Source of the DNA: Rhodospirillales bacterium
GTDB lineage: Bacteria; Pseudomonadota; Alphaproteobacteria; Bin95
Direction: 5' to 3'
DNA: 64,000 nucleotides
Assembly: GCA_038143065.1 (NCBI GenBank)
Contig: JAYQLI010000035.1
Coordinates: forward strand, 192,001 to 256,000
Part shown: positions 1-10,285 of the stretch, piece after piece
Layout: each line of letters starts with the position of its first letter
Position numbering within the stretch: position 1 is the first letter of the stretch
Notes under the pieces: generated by a model
Seen by the model: the letters and a program-made list of their open reading frames with translations, nothing else
What the model was told of the DNA's origin: nothing
Database searches by the model: none
Translations under genes and position numbers: made by a program

Positions 1-282
1 ATCAGTGTTTATCTCCAACTCGCTTAGAAAAGAGGATGTAAGCTCGGAAAAAACTGGTGGAGCTGCGTCAGAAGCGGCTTTCCAGGCGGCGGATGGAGCG
101 GCACCTGAGATCATTGCGGGTCTTATAATTGTCCAACCAAACTGAAGAACACCAGGAAGTGTCGCTAGGTAACGCTGCAAGGTTGACACGTAGGGCACGC
201 CAGAGCAAAGCCGAATTTCCGCATATATCTCTTCTATTTCTCCAGAAGCATCGGCTTCAAAAAGTTCATGAAGATAACTCAT
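1..282 (-). CDS. Hypothetical protein with DehI/AhpD-like N-terminus (partial, runs off window start)
   Basis: Not in the ORF track. Reverse strand from ATG at 282 is open to position 1: MSYLHELFEADASGEIEEIYAEIRLCSGVPYVSTLQRYLATLPGVLQFGWTIIRP... The EADASGEIEEIYAEIR..GVP pattern resembles DehI-like proteins. Overlaps the upstream gene's 3' end. Confidence 0.6.
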   Translation of the reverse strand, partial: MSYLHELFEADASGEIEEIYAEIRLCSGVPYVSTLQRYLATLPGVLQFGWTIIRPAMISGAAPSAAWKAASDAAPPVFSELTSSFLSELEINTD

Positions 283-1231
283 GTATAATTCCATGAAGAT
301 TTTTTTTTAAAATAATAACATGACACCCCTTTACGCCATTAACGACCTGAGAGACCCTTAAATCTCCGCAAATACTCAAAAGTGCATAGACGTCTTCTGG
401 TGAGAGATCACTTCGACAAGTCGCAAGCTTAATCATTTCTCTCAAGGCTTGCTTTGCAGCTTGATCCAGATCAGGGTCTAGACCGAGGGTAATGTAATGA
501 CTGTCTGTTTCTGCATAAGGCAAAGCAATTTTTTGGTCTTTGTGTAGATGAAACTCAAATGTCCCGGTCAGTGCTGTTTCTATTGCAGTTACGTTTACTT
601 CCCCGTCGCCTTGTAGGGCATGCCCGTCACCTGCAGAAAAGTTTGCGCCATCAACAAAAACGGGAAAGAAAATTCGAGCGCCTACCCCTAATTCTTTGCA
701 ATCTAGGTTTCCACCAAATGCTCTAGGTTCAATAGATCTAACCATTCCCCAGTTTTCAGGCGGTGCAGTACCCATGACGCCAAAGAATGGATTTAAGGGC
801 AATTCAACTCCCCATGGTAATCGGCCTAGCATTCGGTCTTGATTCAGTGCGATATGGATTAATTTGTATTCATCAAAGTCTTCATAAAGAGCACCAGAGA
901 GAGGCCTGATATAATTCCAGCCCCAGTCAGATCCAAGCTTAATGTCCTTCACCCGCACTTCTAAAACATCACCCACTTCTGCCCCAGCAACCTGAATTGG
1001 CCCAGTCAAAATATGGCCACCTTTAAATGGTGGCTCGAGATTTTGGTGAATGTCACTATAAGCTGGGGGTACATAAAATCCGGTTTTAGGAACTACTGTG
1101 GGCCCGCCTGAGATAGCTTCAATCACCACAGTATCTCCAGGAGAGATTTGTAATACAGGCGCAATATCAGCTGAAAAATTACCCCAGTGGCAAGTTTTGG
1201 CGCTGGCCGAAAGTAGGTGCGTTTTAGTCAT
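266..1231 (-). CDS. Acetamidase/formamidase family protein
   Basis: Motifs GHILTGPI, PFFGVMG, GGNLDCKEL, GDGHALQGDGEVNVTAIE. Confidence 0.9.
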   Translation of the reverse strand: MTKTHLLSASAKTCHWGNFSADIAPVLQISPGDTVVIEAISGGPTVVPKTGFYVPPAYSDIHQNLEPPFKGGHILTGPIQVAGAEVGDVLEVRVKDIKLGSDWGWNYIRPLSGALYEDFDEYKLIHIALNQDRMLGRLPWGVELPLNPFFGVMGTAPPENWGMVRSIEPRAFGGNLDCKELGVGARIFFPVFVDGANFSAGDGHALQGDGEVNVTAIETALTGTFEFHLHKDQKIALPYAETDSHYITLGLDPDLDQAAKQALREMIKLATCRSDLSPEDVYALLSICGDLRVSQVVNGVKGCHVIILKKNLHGIIHELSS

Positions 1232-1437
1232 ATTTTTTTATGCCATTAGAAATGTTGCAGCTTTGATTAATCTTTGAGTCGAGTTTGGTGTAGACGTCTG
1301 TGTCTATCATAACAATGAAATTTTCTCTTAGGTAACAGGCACTATTCAGGCTTCCATTTCAGATGACGTTTTGAATTGTAATTAGCAATTTCCCCTAATT
1401 TTTTAGTTAGATCGGTCATAAGTTTCTTAAAATTAAC

Positions 1438-2299
1438 TTAATTCGTCCGAGATTTTTTGAGCCAAAGTGAAGTTTCCAACGCGCCATTAGGGGCAGGTGG
1501 AAGATCAGAAAAAAGATCTTCAATAGTGTTTTTCATATGCATGCGGGCAAATTGGTTTGCAGCAATTATTTGATAACTCCCCCCTGCGAGCATAGTCCCT
1601 AAGGCGTTCTGTTCGTTATAGCCTCGCCAGTCCCAGTGAGAGGGGTAGGGTGAAGGCAGAAAGATGTCATGGATATGGATGAATACACCCACTGGTAAGA
1701 TGGGCAGTACTCGGTTGAAGAGAATGTCTACGTCTGAACCAGGCATAAGGATATGGCTGGAGTCTATGAAAAGGATGTCGCCTTTCTTCAGTTTTTTAAA
1801 AATATCTAAAGGCGTTGACTGCACACTTTCTAGCCTAATTTCTACGCGGTCCGTCAACGCGCTGATATCGGCTCTTGGTGCTGGATCGATGGCAATGATC
1901 TTGCCTTCTATTTCTCCATCAACCAGCGCTTGTGCAGTAAACCTTGTTGAATGACCACTGCCTATTTCCACAATTAGATTTGGCTGTTGTGTTCTTACCA
2001 AGCCATACAGCACAGCTGCATCAAGTCCTGGAAACCAATCTTGGTTAAATCGAGGAAAAGGAGGGGGGCTATTTCCTAAAAATCTGCGCCAGGTCTCACT
2101 GAACTGTGCGACTTTTTCTAAGGTGAGGGTTATCTCAGTTTGTGCCGCCAGGAAAATATCTGCAGGGTAATTTATGTCTGGTGAAGGTGATGTATTGATA
2201 TAGCGATAGGGTATAAACCATCCGCGTCTTAGCAATACCTAGTGCGTGCTCTAATTGAAATCGCTTGAAGCGAAAGTGTCTGCGGAACTCCAGTTTCAA
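1438..2299 (-). CDS. Class I SAM-dependent methyltransferase (Methyltransf_24-like); indel near 2230
   Basis: IVEIGSGHST, ILFIDSSH, IHIHDIFLP. An N-terminus MKLEFRRHFRFKRFQLEHALGIAK from TTG 2299 is one frame off and overlaps the upstream stop. Confidence 0.8.
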
Positions 2300-3132
2300 A
2301 GGGTCAATGTCTCGCCTTCAAGAGCAGCAATAGTTCCAGGGCGGCGCTTGGATGCTTCAGAAACAATTTTGTCCATTTCCTCATCCGTTCGAGATGGGTC
2401 GTGGTGGAATAAGACTAGCTGTTTTGCGCTTGCCATATTGGCCAACTTTATTCCTTCCTCCCAAGTGGAATGGCCCCAGTCTGGTCGAAATGGTCCTTAA
2501 ATTCCTTCTTCAGTGAACATTGCATCATAAATTACAATGTCAGCATCGTGCATTAATTTCAGAGCGTTGCTATTAGGATCGCCTGGTACGTGAGCCGTAT
2601 CTGTAACCACTGCGATAGATTTGCCTGCAAATTCAATTCTATATCCAGTAGCCCTGCCAGGATGATCTAGCGGTGCTGTTTTGACCGTTATTTCTGGCGT
2701 TAGAGAAATTGTTGAATTTTCGTCGAAGTCGATGAACGACACCTTTGCTTGAAAGACAACTGGTGGAACGGGGAAAAGTGGATCTGACATTAGGTGGCGG
2801 CATGCACCTTCTAAAGACCGCTCCGGAAGCAAATGCCCCGCCCAAAAACGAATTGTATTTTGTGGATTATAAGCAGGAGCGAAAAACGGCAGGCCGACAA
2901 GATGATCCATGTGGGTGTGAGTAAACAGTAGGTCAAGGTTTTTGCCTTTACCTTCCTGAGCTAACTTCACTCCTAATCGCCGGATGCCGGTCCCGGCGTC
3001 AATTATAACCGTATGATCGTCACACTGTATTTCGATACACGGTGTATTACCGCCATAGCGTTGTGTGCTGGGGCCCGGAGAGGCAATACTACCTCGCACC
3101 CCCCAAAAGGTCACAGAAATTTGCGGACTCAA
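2296..3132 (-). CDS. MBL-fold metallo-hydrolase; frameshift near 2500
   Basis: WGVRGS, YGGNTPC, THTHMDH, HPG. The C-terminus WGHSTWEEG...LFHHDP continues in another frame to TGA at 2296. Confidence 0.88.
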
Positions 3133-3200
3133 GACTTACTCCACTTACGATCCAAGAGTCATCGTATACTTGCAGTTTCAAAACACTCATCGGGGACTGT

Positions 3201-3218
3201 ATAGATTGCACAATCTAT
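3201..3218. promoter_or_regulatory. Perfect inverted repeat ATAGATTG-CA-CAATCTAT, candidate operator
   Basis: 8-2-8 palindrome in the divergent intergenic region. Confidence 0.4.
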
Positions 3219-3366
3219 GACAAGACACGGAATTCTCTGCAAATAACTCTCCGCCTTCATAACAAAGTTTCTATTTGTTAAAAAAATTGGGAAGATTGTG
3301 ACTCCACATACTTCCAATCACAGGGCAATATTTAAAGCCCAGTAATGAATTTGGAGCGGCTTGGTG

Positions 3367-4659
3367 ATGGCTGCACCTACAGAGAGTTTCTCGAGAAATT
3401 TTTGGTCTCATACTGCTGAGGCTCCGCCCGATACCCCCTCTTTATTAGGGGCGCATCGTTCTGATGTGACTGTAATTGGAGGTGGTTACACAGGTCTATC
3501 GACGGCTCTACATTTAGCAAAGAATGGCGTTAATGTTCGTGTGCTGGAGGCTGAACAAGTGGGTTTTGGCGCATCTGGCCGTAATAACGGACAGGTTATT
3601 CCGGCATATTCACGGCATAATCCGGATGATATCGAGCGAATATTGGGCAAAGATGCTGGCAGGAGTTTGAATGACTGGGTTGCGTCCTCAGCTGATTTAG
3701 TTTTCGACCTCATTCGACAGTATGATATCCATTGCGAGGCAGCACAGAACGGATGGCTGCAGCCAGCTCACAGACAAAGTAGAATGAAGGGAGTTAAAAA
3801 AAAGCAAGCTTCTTGGGAGGCAATAGGTCAACCAACACGTTTATTAACTGGCGAAGAGACTGTTCAACTCACTGGCTCACCAATTTATTGTCATGGGGGC
3901 AGGGTTCATGAACGTGGCGGTCATATCCAGCCTCTTGGCTATGCTCGCGGTTTAGCTCGTGCAGCAATAGCTGAGGGTGCAAAAGTTCATGGGGCTTCGC
4001 CTGCTATCTCTGTTAATAGAATTGAGGGATATTGGCGAGTTGAGACCGGTGCGGGTCACATAGATAGCGATAATCTCGTGTTCGCCACCAATGGTTATAC
4101 GGAAGCGCTCTGGCCTAAATTGCGGCAAACTATTGTGCCTTTCCGAACATTTCATGCGGCCACTTCACCTATTACGGATAATATTGCTAGAAGTATTTTG
4201 CCGGAAAACCACGGCTTTTCAGATACCAGACAAGCGTTATGGGCTTTTCGGAAGGATTTTGGGAATCGACTTATAACAACAGCAGCACCCATCGTGCCGT
4301 TAGGAGCAGAGGGCAAAATTAATGCTTCAACTAAGACGCGGCTATTAAAAGTATTTCCTCAAATCGGTGATATAGAAATCGAGTATATTTGGCAGGGATG
4401 GATTGCGATGACGCCGGAGCGCCTCCCTCGTTTGCACGAGCTGGCACGCGGCGTTTTCGCGGGAATGGGTTATTCTGGTCGCGGTATTGCCATGGCAACA
4501 GCTATGGGGAAATCTATTGCTGAAAGAATATCTGGAGCTCCATTAGATGCGATAGGGCCATTACCAGTTCCAATTAAGGTTTTACCAATGCATGACGTCA
4601 TTTCTCCGTTAAGTAGAGCTATGATCGGAATGTATCGATGGAAGGATAATCGAGATTAA
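3367..4659 (+). CDS. FAD-dependent oxidoreductase, DAO/PuuB-like family
   Basis: IGGGYTGLSTALHLA, GASGRNNG, GYSGRGIAMAT. Confidence 0.85.
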   Translation: MAAPTESFSRNFWSHTAEAPPDTPSLLGAHRSDVTVIGGGYTGLSTALHLAKNGVNVRVLEAEQVGFGASGRNNGQVIPAYSRHNPDDIERILGKDAGRSLNDWVASSADLVFDLIRQYDIHCEAAQNGWLQPAHRQSRMKGVKKKQASWEAIGQPTRLLTGEETVQLTGSPIYCHGGRVHERGGHIQPLGYARGLARAAIAEGAKVHGASPAISVNRIEGYWRVETGAGHIDSDNLVFATNGYTEALWPKLRQTIVPFRTFHAATSPITDNIARSILPENHGFSDTRQALWAFRKDFGNRLITTAAPIVPLGAEGKINASTKTRLLKVFPQIGDIEIEYIWQGWIAMTPERLPRLHELARGVFAGMGYSGRGIAMATAMGKSIAERISGAPLDAIGPLPVPIKVLPMHDVISPLSRAMIGMYRWKDNRD

Positions 4660-4660
4660 T

Positions 4661-5632
4661 ATGAAAAAGTTGTTGCAGAACTCTCTCGGTAAAACTGGTC
4701 TCAAAATCCCAGAGTTGATCCTTGGTGGAGGCTTTGTAGGAGGGGTAATGATCCACTCTGATAAAGCCACGCAAGAACAGGCCATCCATCGTTGCCTTGA
4801 GGTTGGGTCTGACTGGATTGATACAGCTCAAATGTATGGTGGCGGAGAGTCCGAAACCAATATTGGAGAAGTGTTGGCGGGAATGCCTGCAGCACATCGA
4901 CCTCGTGTTTCAACTAAAATTGCTCTTTCTCCTGAGGATTTGCATGATGTGAATAGCTCTGTTCGACGTGCGGTTGAAGCTAGCTTGAAAAGATTAAAAT
5001 TGGATAAAGTTGAGGTCTACCAGCTTCACAATCGTATTGGTGGTGGAGACAGTAACTGGCTATCAACCTACGATATTCTCAAACCAGGCGGTGTTGCAGA
5101 TGCTTTTCAATATATTAAGGAAGCCGGTCTCGCAGATCACGTGGGTATAACAGCTCTCGGTGAGCCAAATTCTGTTCGGGATGTGATTGCAAGTGAAAGG
5201 TTTGAAACTGCACAAGTTTATTACAACCTGCTGAATCCTTCCGCGGGTAAAAACGTTTCTCCAAATTTTGGAACAACTGATTTTCGGGGGATCCTTGGTG
5301 CTTGTTATGCACATGGACTGGGTGTCTTTGGGATACGAATCTTAGCTGCAGGAGTGCTGGCAACCAATGAACGTCATGGGCGTGAAATACCCATAACTGA
5401 AAATTCTGATCCTGACGCAGAAACGGCAAGAGCAGATGCAGCATGGCAAGTGCTTGGCAAACGAGATGAGGACCATGCTGCAACCGCAATTCGATATGCT
5501 TTAGCAGAACAAAAGATCTCAACCTCAATTTTTGGGGCAGCCAGTCTTCAACATATTGATGTTGCCTTGTCCGCTGCATTTGATGGGCCTTTGGAAGCTG
5601 AAGCCATCAATAAAATAGACAGTTTGCTTTAG
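4661..5632 (+). CDS. Aldo/keto reductase
   Basis: LGKTGL, IDTAQMYGGGESE, STK, YQLHN. Confidence 0.88.
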   Translation: MKKLLQNSLGKTGLKIPELILGGGFVGGVMIHSDKATQEQAIHRCLEVGSDWIDTAQMYGGGESETNIGEVLAGMPAAHRPRVSTKIALSPEDLHDVNSSVRRAVEASLKRLKLDKVEVYQLHNRIGGGDSNWLSTYDILKPGGVADAFQYIKEAGLADHVGITALGEPNSVRDVIASERFETAQVYYNLLNPSAGKNVSPNFGTTDFRGILGACYAHGLGVFGIRILAAGVLATNERHGREIPITENSDPDAETARADAAWQVLGKRDEDHAATAIRYALAEQKISTSIFGAASLQHIDVALSAAFDGPLEAEAINKIDSLL

Positions 5633-5641
5633 GAGTAATTT

Positions 5642-6562
5642 ATGTCCCGACCTGCATACCAGCCAATTGAGCATCATAATCGGTTTTCATACTCAAATAT
5701 CCTAGAAAGGCCGCGTTATGACTGGCCAAACGGCACGCGACTAGCCGTTTTTACAGCTCTTAACATGGAAGTTTTTAGGTTTGGAAAAGGCAAAGGTGCT
5801 GGGATTGCCCCTCCTGAGCAAGCAAATAGTGAGAGTGTTTTTTCGTGGCGCGAATATGGAAACCGGGTTGGTTTTTGGCGACTAATGGAAATGTTCGACG
5901 ATTTTAATGTTCCATTACAGGCTCAATTTAATACTGCTCTGTACGATCATGCGCCAGATATTGCAGCTAAGTTTAGATCGCGACGTGATGAGTTTCTCGG
6001 CCATGGACACACAAATTCGGATGAACAAGGTAAGTGGTCAGAAGCTGAAGAAAAAGCTCTGATTGAAAGTTGTCGAGACCGTATCAGTGAAGAGGAGGGG
6101 AACCCTCCGACTGGTTGGATGAGTCCTTGGCTTTCCAATTCCTCGGTGACGCCGGATTTATTGCAAGAAGCAGGTTACAAGTATTTTATGGACTGGACGA
6201 CTGACGATCAACCAATCTGGTTTAAAACGCGGTCTGGGGAGCGCATTTTATCGATGCCATATCCAGTAGAGTGCAACGATAATCGTGCTCTGGTTTTCTT
6301 TCGATACACGAGTCAAGAATTTGCAGACATGTTGATCGATCAGTTCGACGAAATGTTGCGACAGGCAGAAAATGGGACGCCAGTTGTTTGTCCTATCTCT
6401 CTCCATCCTTTTAGCGTTGGTCGTCCATATCGAATGCCTGCTATGCGACGGGTTTACGAGCATATTTTAAAACACCAGGATAAGATTTGGATGACTACAC
6501 CTGGAGAAATTTGCAAGCATATAGAAAGCTTGCCGTTGGGAACTGTACCTGGTGACGCTTAA
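5642..6562 (+). CDS. Polysaccharide deacetylase family hydrolase (PuuE allantoinase-like)
   Basis: WPNGTRLAV, WREYGNRVGFWRL, GHGH, GWMSPW, ISLHPF..GRPYR. Confidence 0.82.
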   Translation: MSRPAYQPIEHHNRFSYSNILERPRYDWPNGTRLAVFTALNMEVFRFGKGKGAGIAPPEQANSESVFSWREYGNRVGFWRLMEMFDDFNVPLQAQFNTALYDHAPDIAAKFRSRRDEFLGHGHTNSDEQGKWSEAEEKALIESCRDRISEEEGNPPTGWMSPWLSNSSVTPDLLQEAGYKYFMDWTTDDQPIWFKTRSGERILSMPYPVECNDNRALVFFRYTSQEFADMLIDQFDEMLRQAENGTPVVCPISLHPFSVGRPYRMPAMRRVYEHILKHQDKIWMTTPGEICKHIESLPLGTVPGDA

Positions 6563-6586
6563 TTATTGATATTGGAGACAAAGGGC

Positions 6587-7340
6587 ATGGGGTTATTAGA
6601 CGGACATTTAGCACTTGTGACTGGTGGCGGTTCCGGTATTGGTCGAGGGATAGCGCAAGGTTATTCGAGAGAGGGTGCTAAAGTAATTGTAGCTGATATC
6701 AATGTTGCAGGTGCAGAAGAAACGGCCCGCCTTGTGGAGGATGCCGGGGGAAGCATGGGCAATAGAACTCGATGTAGCCAACATGCAGGCTGTCCAATCT
6801 GTTGCTCGAAAGGTGGAAGCGGATATTGGGCCAATTTCTGTGTTGGTAAACAACGCTGGTATTGTGAGGCGGGCTACTATCGATAGCACTACTGCTATAG
6901 ATGACTGGAATGATACTGTTGCAATCAATATTTCTGGTCTTTTTAACTGCGTGCACAGCTTTCAAGATCAGTTGAAATCAACAAAAGGCCGGGTGATAAA
7001 TTTGGGTTCGATTCAGAGTTTTGTGCATACGGCTAATTCGGTTGCTTACACGACATCAAAAGGTGCAGTAAAAAATTTCACTATTGGTATGGCAGCAGAA
7101 CTTGCTCCCTTTGGAGTAAGAGTTAATGCAATTGGCCCAGGTCTGATCTTCACGCCTCTGAATGAGAAAGGGATCCAACAAAATCCCGAAATGTTAGAGC
7201 GTTTTATGCGGCATATCCCTATGGGGCGGCCTGGTACACCTGATGATATTGTTGGTCCAGCAATTTTTTTGGCTAGCGATCTTTCCCAATATGTAACTGG
7301 TGTCCTAATTCCCAGTGATGGAGGCTACTTAACAGTCTGA
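6587..7340 (+). CDS. Short-chain dehydrogenase/reductase; frameshift at G-run near 6750
   Basis: TGGGSGIG in fragment 1; NNAG, YTTSK, VRVNAIGPG in fragment 2. Confidence 0.88.
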
Positions 7341-7396
7341 TCTCCAAATTAGCTATTGATATAGACTTTGACGCCGCTTCTATCTGCTTCGATGCT

Positions 7397-9072
7397 TTAT
7401 GTCTGTTTCTCAAACTGACGGCAGATTAAGGCAACGGGCAGCAGCCCAATTGCTAGAATAATAAGAGACGGTAAGGCCGCCTCATATAATCGTTCATCTG
7501 CTGCAAGCCTATGTGCTTGAACCGCTAGGGTGTCCCAATTAAACGGCCTTAAAATTAAGGTTGCAGGCAACTCTTTCATTACATCCACGAAAACAATAAG
7601 GGCAGCGGTAAGAAGACTAGGCGCAAGAATTGGTATGTGAACACGCCAAAGAATAGAGATAGAGGAATGGCCAAGAGTGCTGGCCGCAGCGTCGATATTT
7701 TTACTAATGGTCACTTCGCCTGCCTCAAAAGCATTAATTGCAGCTGCAAGAAAGCGAGTCATATAGGCAAGTATAAGCAGTGTTATAGATCCGGTGAGCA
7801 GTAACCCAGTAGAAATATTAAACACAGATCGCATCCATGCATCTAAAAAGTTATCGATTGCAGCGAATGGGAATAAGAGACCAACAGCTATAACACCGCC
7901 AGGGACAGCATACCCAAGTCTCGTAATTGAGGAGATTGCACTCGTATAGGTGCTAGGATTCAACCGACGGCAGTATCCAATAATTGCCGCAGCCAGCACT
8001 GTCATACTGCTCGCGATCGCCGCCAGAGTGACTGAATTAACTATAAAGTCGAGATAGCGGGGTTGCAGAGAAACTTGAAAAGACGTTGCCGCCATTATCA
8101 AAAGGGGGATTGATGGACCTGCAAAGCCCAAAATAAATGGCACGAAACATAAGCACCATGCCACACAAGCTTTTTTGCCGCTCAACCTTGAAGAAGGGGG
8201 GATGTTGGAGGGTCCTAGTCTGTTATATGCAGCCTCGTTTGATCGTGTAATCCGTTCAAGAAAGATGAGAAGTAAAGAGAAGCAGAGAAGTCCTAATGCA
8301 AGCTGTGCCGCTCCCGCTCTGTCATCCATTGAAAACCAACTTGTATAAATTCCAGTTGCGAAGGTCTGCACTCCAAAATATGAGACCGTTCCGAAGTCAG
8401 CTATGGTTTCCATTACTACTAAAAGGACGCCTCCTGCGATTGCTGGACGGGTCATGGCAATGTAACAGTTAAGAATGCGGAAATTGGTCCCTTGCCGAGG
8501 GTGCGGGCAGTTTCAAATCCCCGCAAACCTTGTTGGATGAAAGCGGCTCTAGCAAGGAGGTAAACGTACGGATAAAGTACAAGCGTTAGCATCAGGGCAG
8601 CGCCACCTAAGGATCTAATTTCAGGGAACCAATATTCCTTTGGACCCAGAACAAAGGTGTCTCTTAAGAATGCTTGAACTACACCAGGATGATCAAACAC
8701 GTGAGTATAGGCATAGGCAAGAATATAAGCAGGAAATGCAAGTGGCAGCACTAACGATAATTGAAAAAATCTGCGCCCTGGAAAGTCATAGGCAGTTACC
8801 AGCCAAGCTGCACCAACACCAATAAAGAATGCTCCTGCAGCTACTAGGACAGAAAGTTGAATAGTCGAGATTATATAGTCTGTGAGGACGGAGCTTACTA
8901 AGTGATTGAGGGTTGTCGTTTCTGCAGAAAACGCGGCAAATACAACCATTAGCATTGGAAGACAGCAAGCAATGCTAATAAAAGTTGCCAGTCCCGTAAT
9001 CCACGCGCGCCAATTCATACTCGCTCGCGGAGTATGATCCTGTGTTGATTTGTGTGTGGCCGGATTGGCCAT
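7397..9072 (-). CDS. Fe3+ ABC transporter permease (FutB/FbpB-type); frameshift near 8455
   Basis: Two abutting ORFs give the duplicated permease: FPGRR, YPYVYLLARAAF, METIADFGTV, GYAVPG, KELPATL. Confidence 0.9.
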
Positions 9073-9188
9073 ATGGTTAAGTCTCCAAACTTTTTAGAAA
9101 CGTTAGAAGTCCGTCTTATTCAAAAAATTTTTGCCTTGAGTCATCAAATTTATGTCAAAAGGGGCTATTAATTCCTATATACAATGCG

Positions 9189-9207
9189 AATGAGAATAGT
9201 TATCATT
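9189..9207. promoter_or_regulatory. Fur-family operator (Fur box) AATGAGAAT-A-GTTATCATT
   Basis: 16 of 18 positions match the 9-1-9 AATGATAAT-N-ATTATCATT box; extra AATGCG hexamer upstream; lies between divergent iron-uptake genes. Confidence 0.8.
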
Positions 9208-9249
9208 TGTAAGTATTGGAAGAGCTTCCGTTCAGTTTTGGAGAAAAAT

Positions 9250-10284
9250 ATGCCGGTGGGTTATCCGCTTGTTGCCCGCATTGCTATCATTCTTGTCATG
9301 GTCGCGAGTAGCTTTCATACAGCTACCTCTGCGGAAGAGTTAAATCTTTACTCCTCTAGGCATTATGAGACTGACGATAGGCTGTTCACAGATTTTGAAA
9401 AACAGACAGGTATCCGAATAAATCGTATTGAAGGTAACGCAGATGAACTGATTGCCAGAATGCGGGCAGAGGGTCGCAATTCTCCCGCTGATATTTTGTT
9501 GGCAGTAGATACCTCTAGGCTTCAAAGAGCAAAGGTTGCTGGAGTGCTTCAGCAGATAAATAGTCAGGTTCTTGAAACCCGTATTCCTGGATACCTCCAA
9601 GATAACGAAAATTATTGGTTTGGCTTTTCTATGCGCGCACGAATAATTTTCTATGATAAGAAGGATATCAGTAATCCACCCCGGACATATTTAGAGCTCG
9701 CGGATAATCAATACAAAGGTCAGGTATGCAGTCGCTCAGCTACTAACTCGTATACTCAGACGCTACTGGCAGCCATCATTCAAAATCATGGAAAGAAAAT
9801 AGCTAAGAAGTGGGCTGCAGGCGTCGTAGAAAATTTTGCTCGTGCACCGCAGGGTGGTAACACAGACCAATTGCGAGCATTAATTTCAGGAGAATGTGAT
9901 ATCTCCCTTTCCAATACTTATTACTTTGCTCGATCGCTTCGCATCTCAGTAAAAGGTTTATCTGGAAAGGGGCAGTCAGATATTGGCTGGGTATTTCCAT
10001 CACAGGCTGCTGAAGGCGCCCATATGAACTTGTCAGGTGGAGGAGTGGCTGCTCATGCCCCAAATAAAGCTAATGCTGTGAAGTTTCTAGAATATCTTAC
10101 AAGTGATAAGGCTCAAGAACATTTCTCTGCGGGTAATGATGAATATCCAGCCGTACCGGGCGTTTCAGTCAGTCCATCAGTTGCGGCGCTAGGCTTTTTT
10201 AAGCCTGACGACATAGACCTGTCGGAAGTGGCAAAAAATATACCTGCAGCGCAAGTCATATTTAATGAGGTAGGTTGGAAGTAG
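9250..10284 (+). CDS. Fe3+ ABC transporter substrate-binding protein (FutA/IdiA-type)
   Basis: YSSRHY, SPAD, RARI, YTQ and NTYY tyrosine ligands, signal peptide; GGAG SD before ATG 9250. Confidence 0.92.
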   Translation: MPVGYPLVARIAIILVMVASSFHTATSAEELNLYSSRHYETDDRLFTDFEKQTGIRINRIEGNADELIARMRAEGRNSPADILLAVDTSRLQRAKVAGVLQQINSQVLETRIPGYLQDNENYWFGFSMRARIIFYDKKDISNPPRTYLELADNQYKGQVCSRSATNSYTQTLLAAIIQNHGKKIAKKWAAGVVENFARAPQGGNTDQLRALISGECDISLSNTYYFARSLRISVKGLSGKGQSDIGWVFPSQAAEGAHMNLSGGGVAAHAPNKANAVKFLEYLTSDKAQEHFSAGNDEYPAVPGVSVSPSVAALGFFKPDDIDLSEVAKNIPAAQVIFNEVGWK

Positions 10285-10285
10285 A

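Noticed and set aside
1427-1441. TTAA-N7-TTAA, CtrA-like site
   Set aside because: Overlaps a stop codon in AT-rich DNA upstream of an amidase; likely chance
9184-9249. Longer N-terminus of the Fe-binding protein given in the ORF track
   Set aside because: Overlaps the Fur box; ATG 9250 has a GGAG SD and precedes the signal peptide
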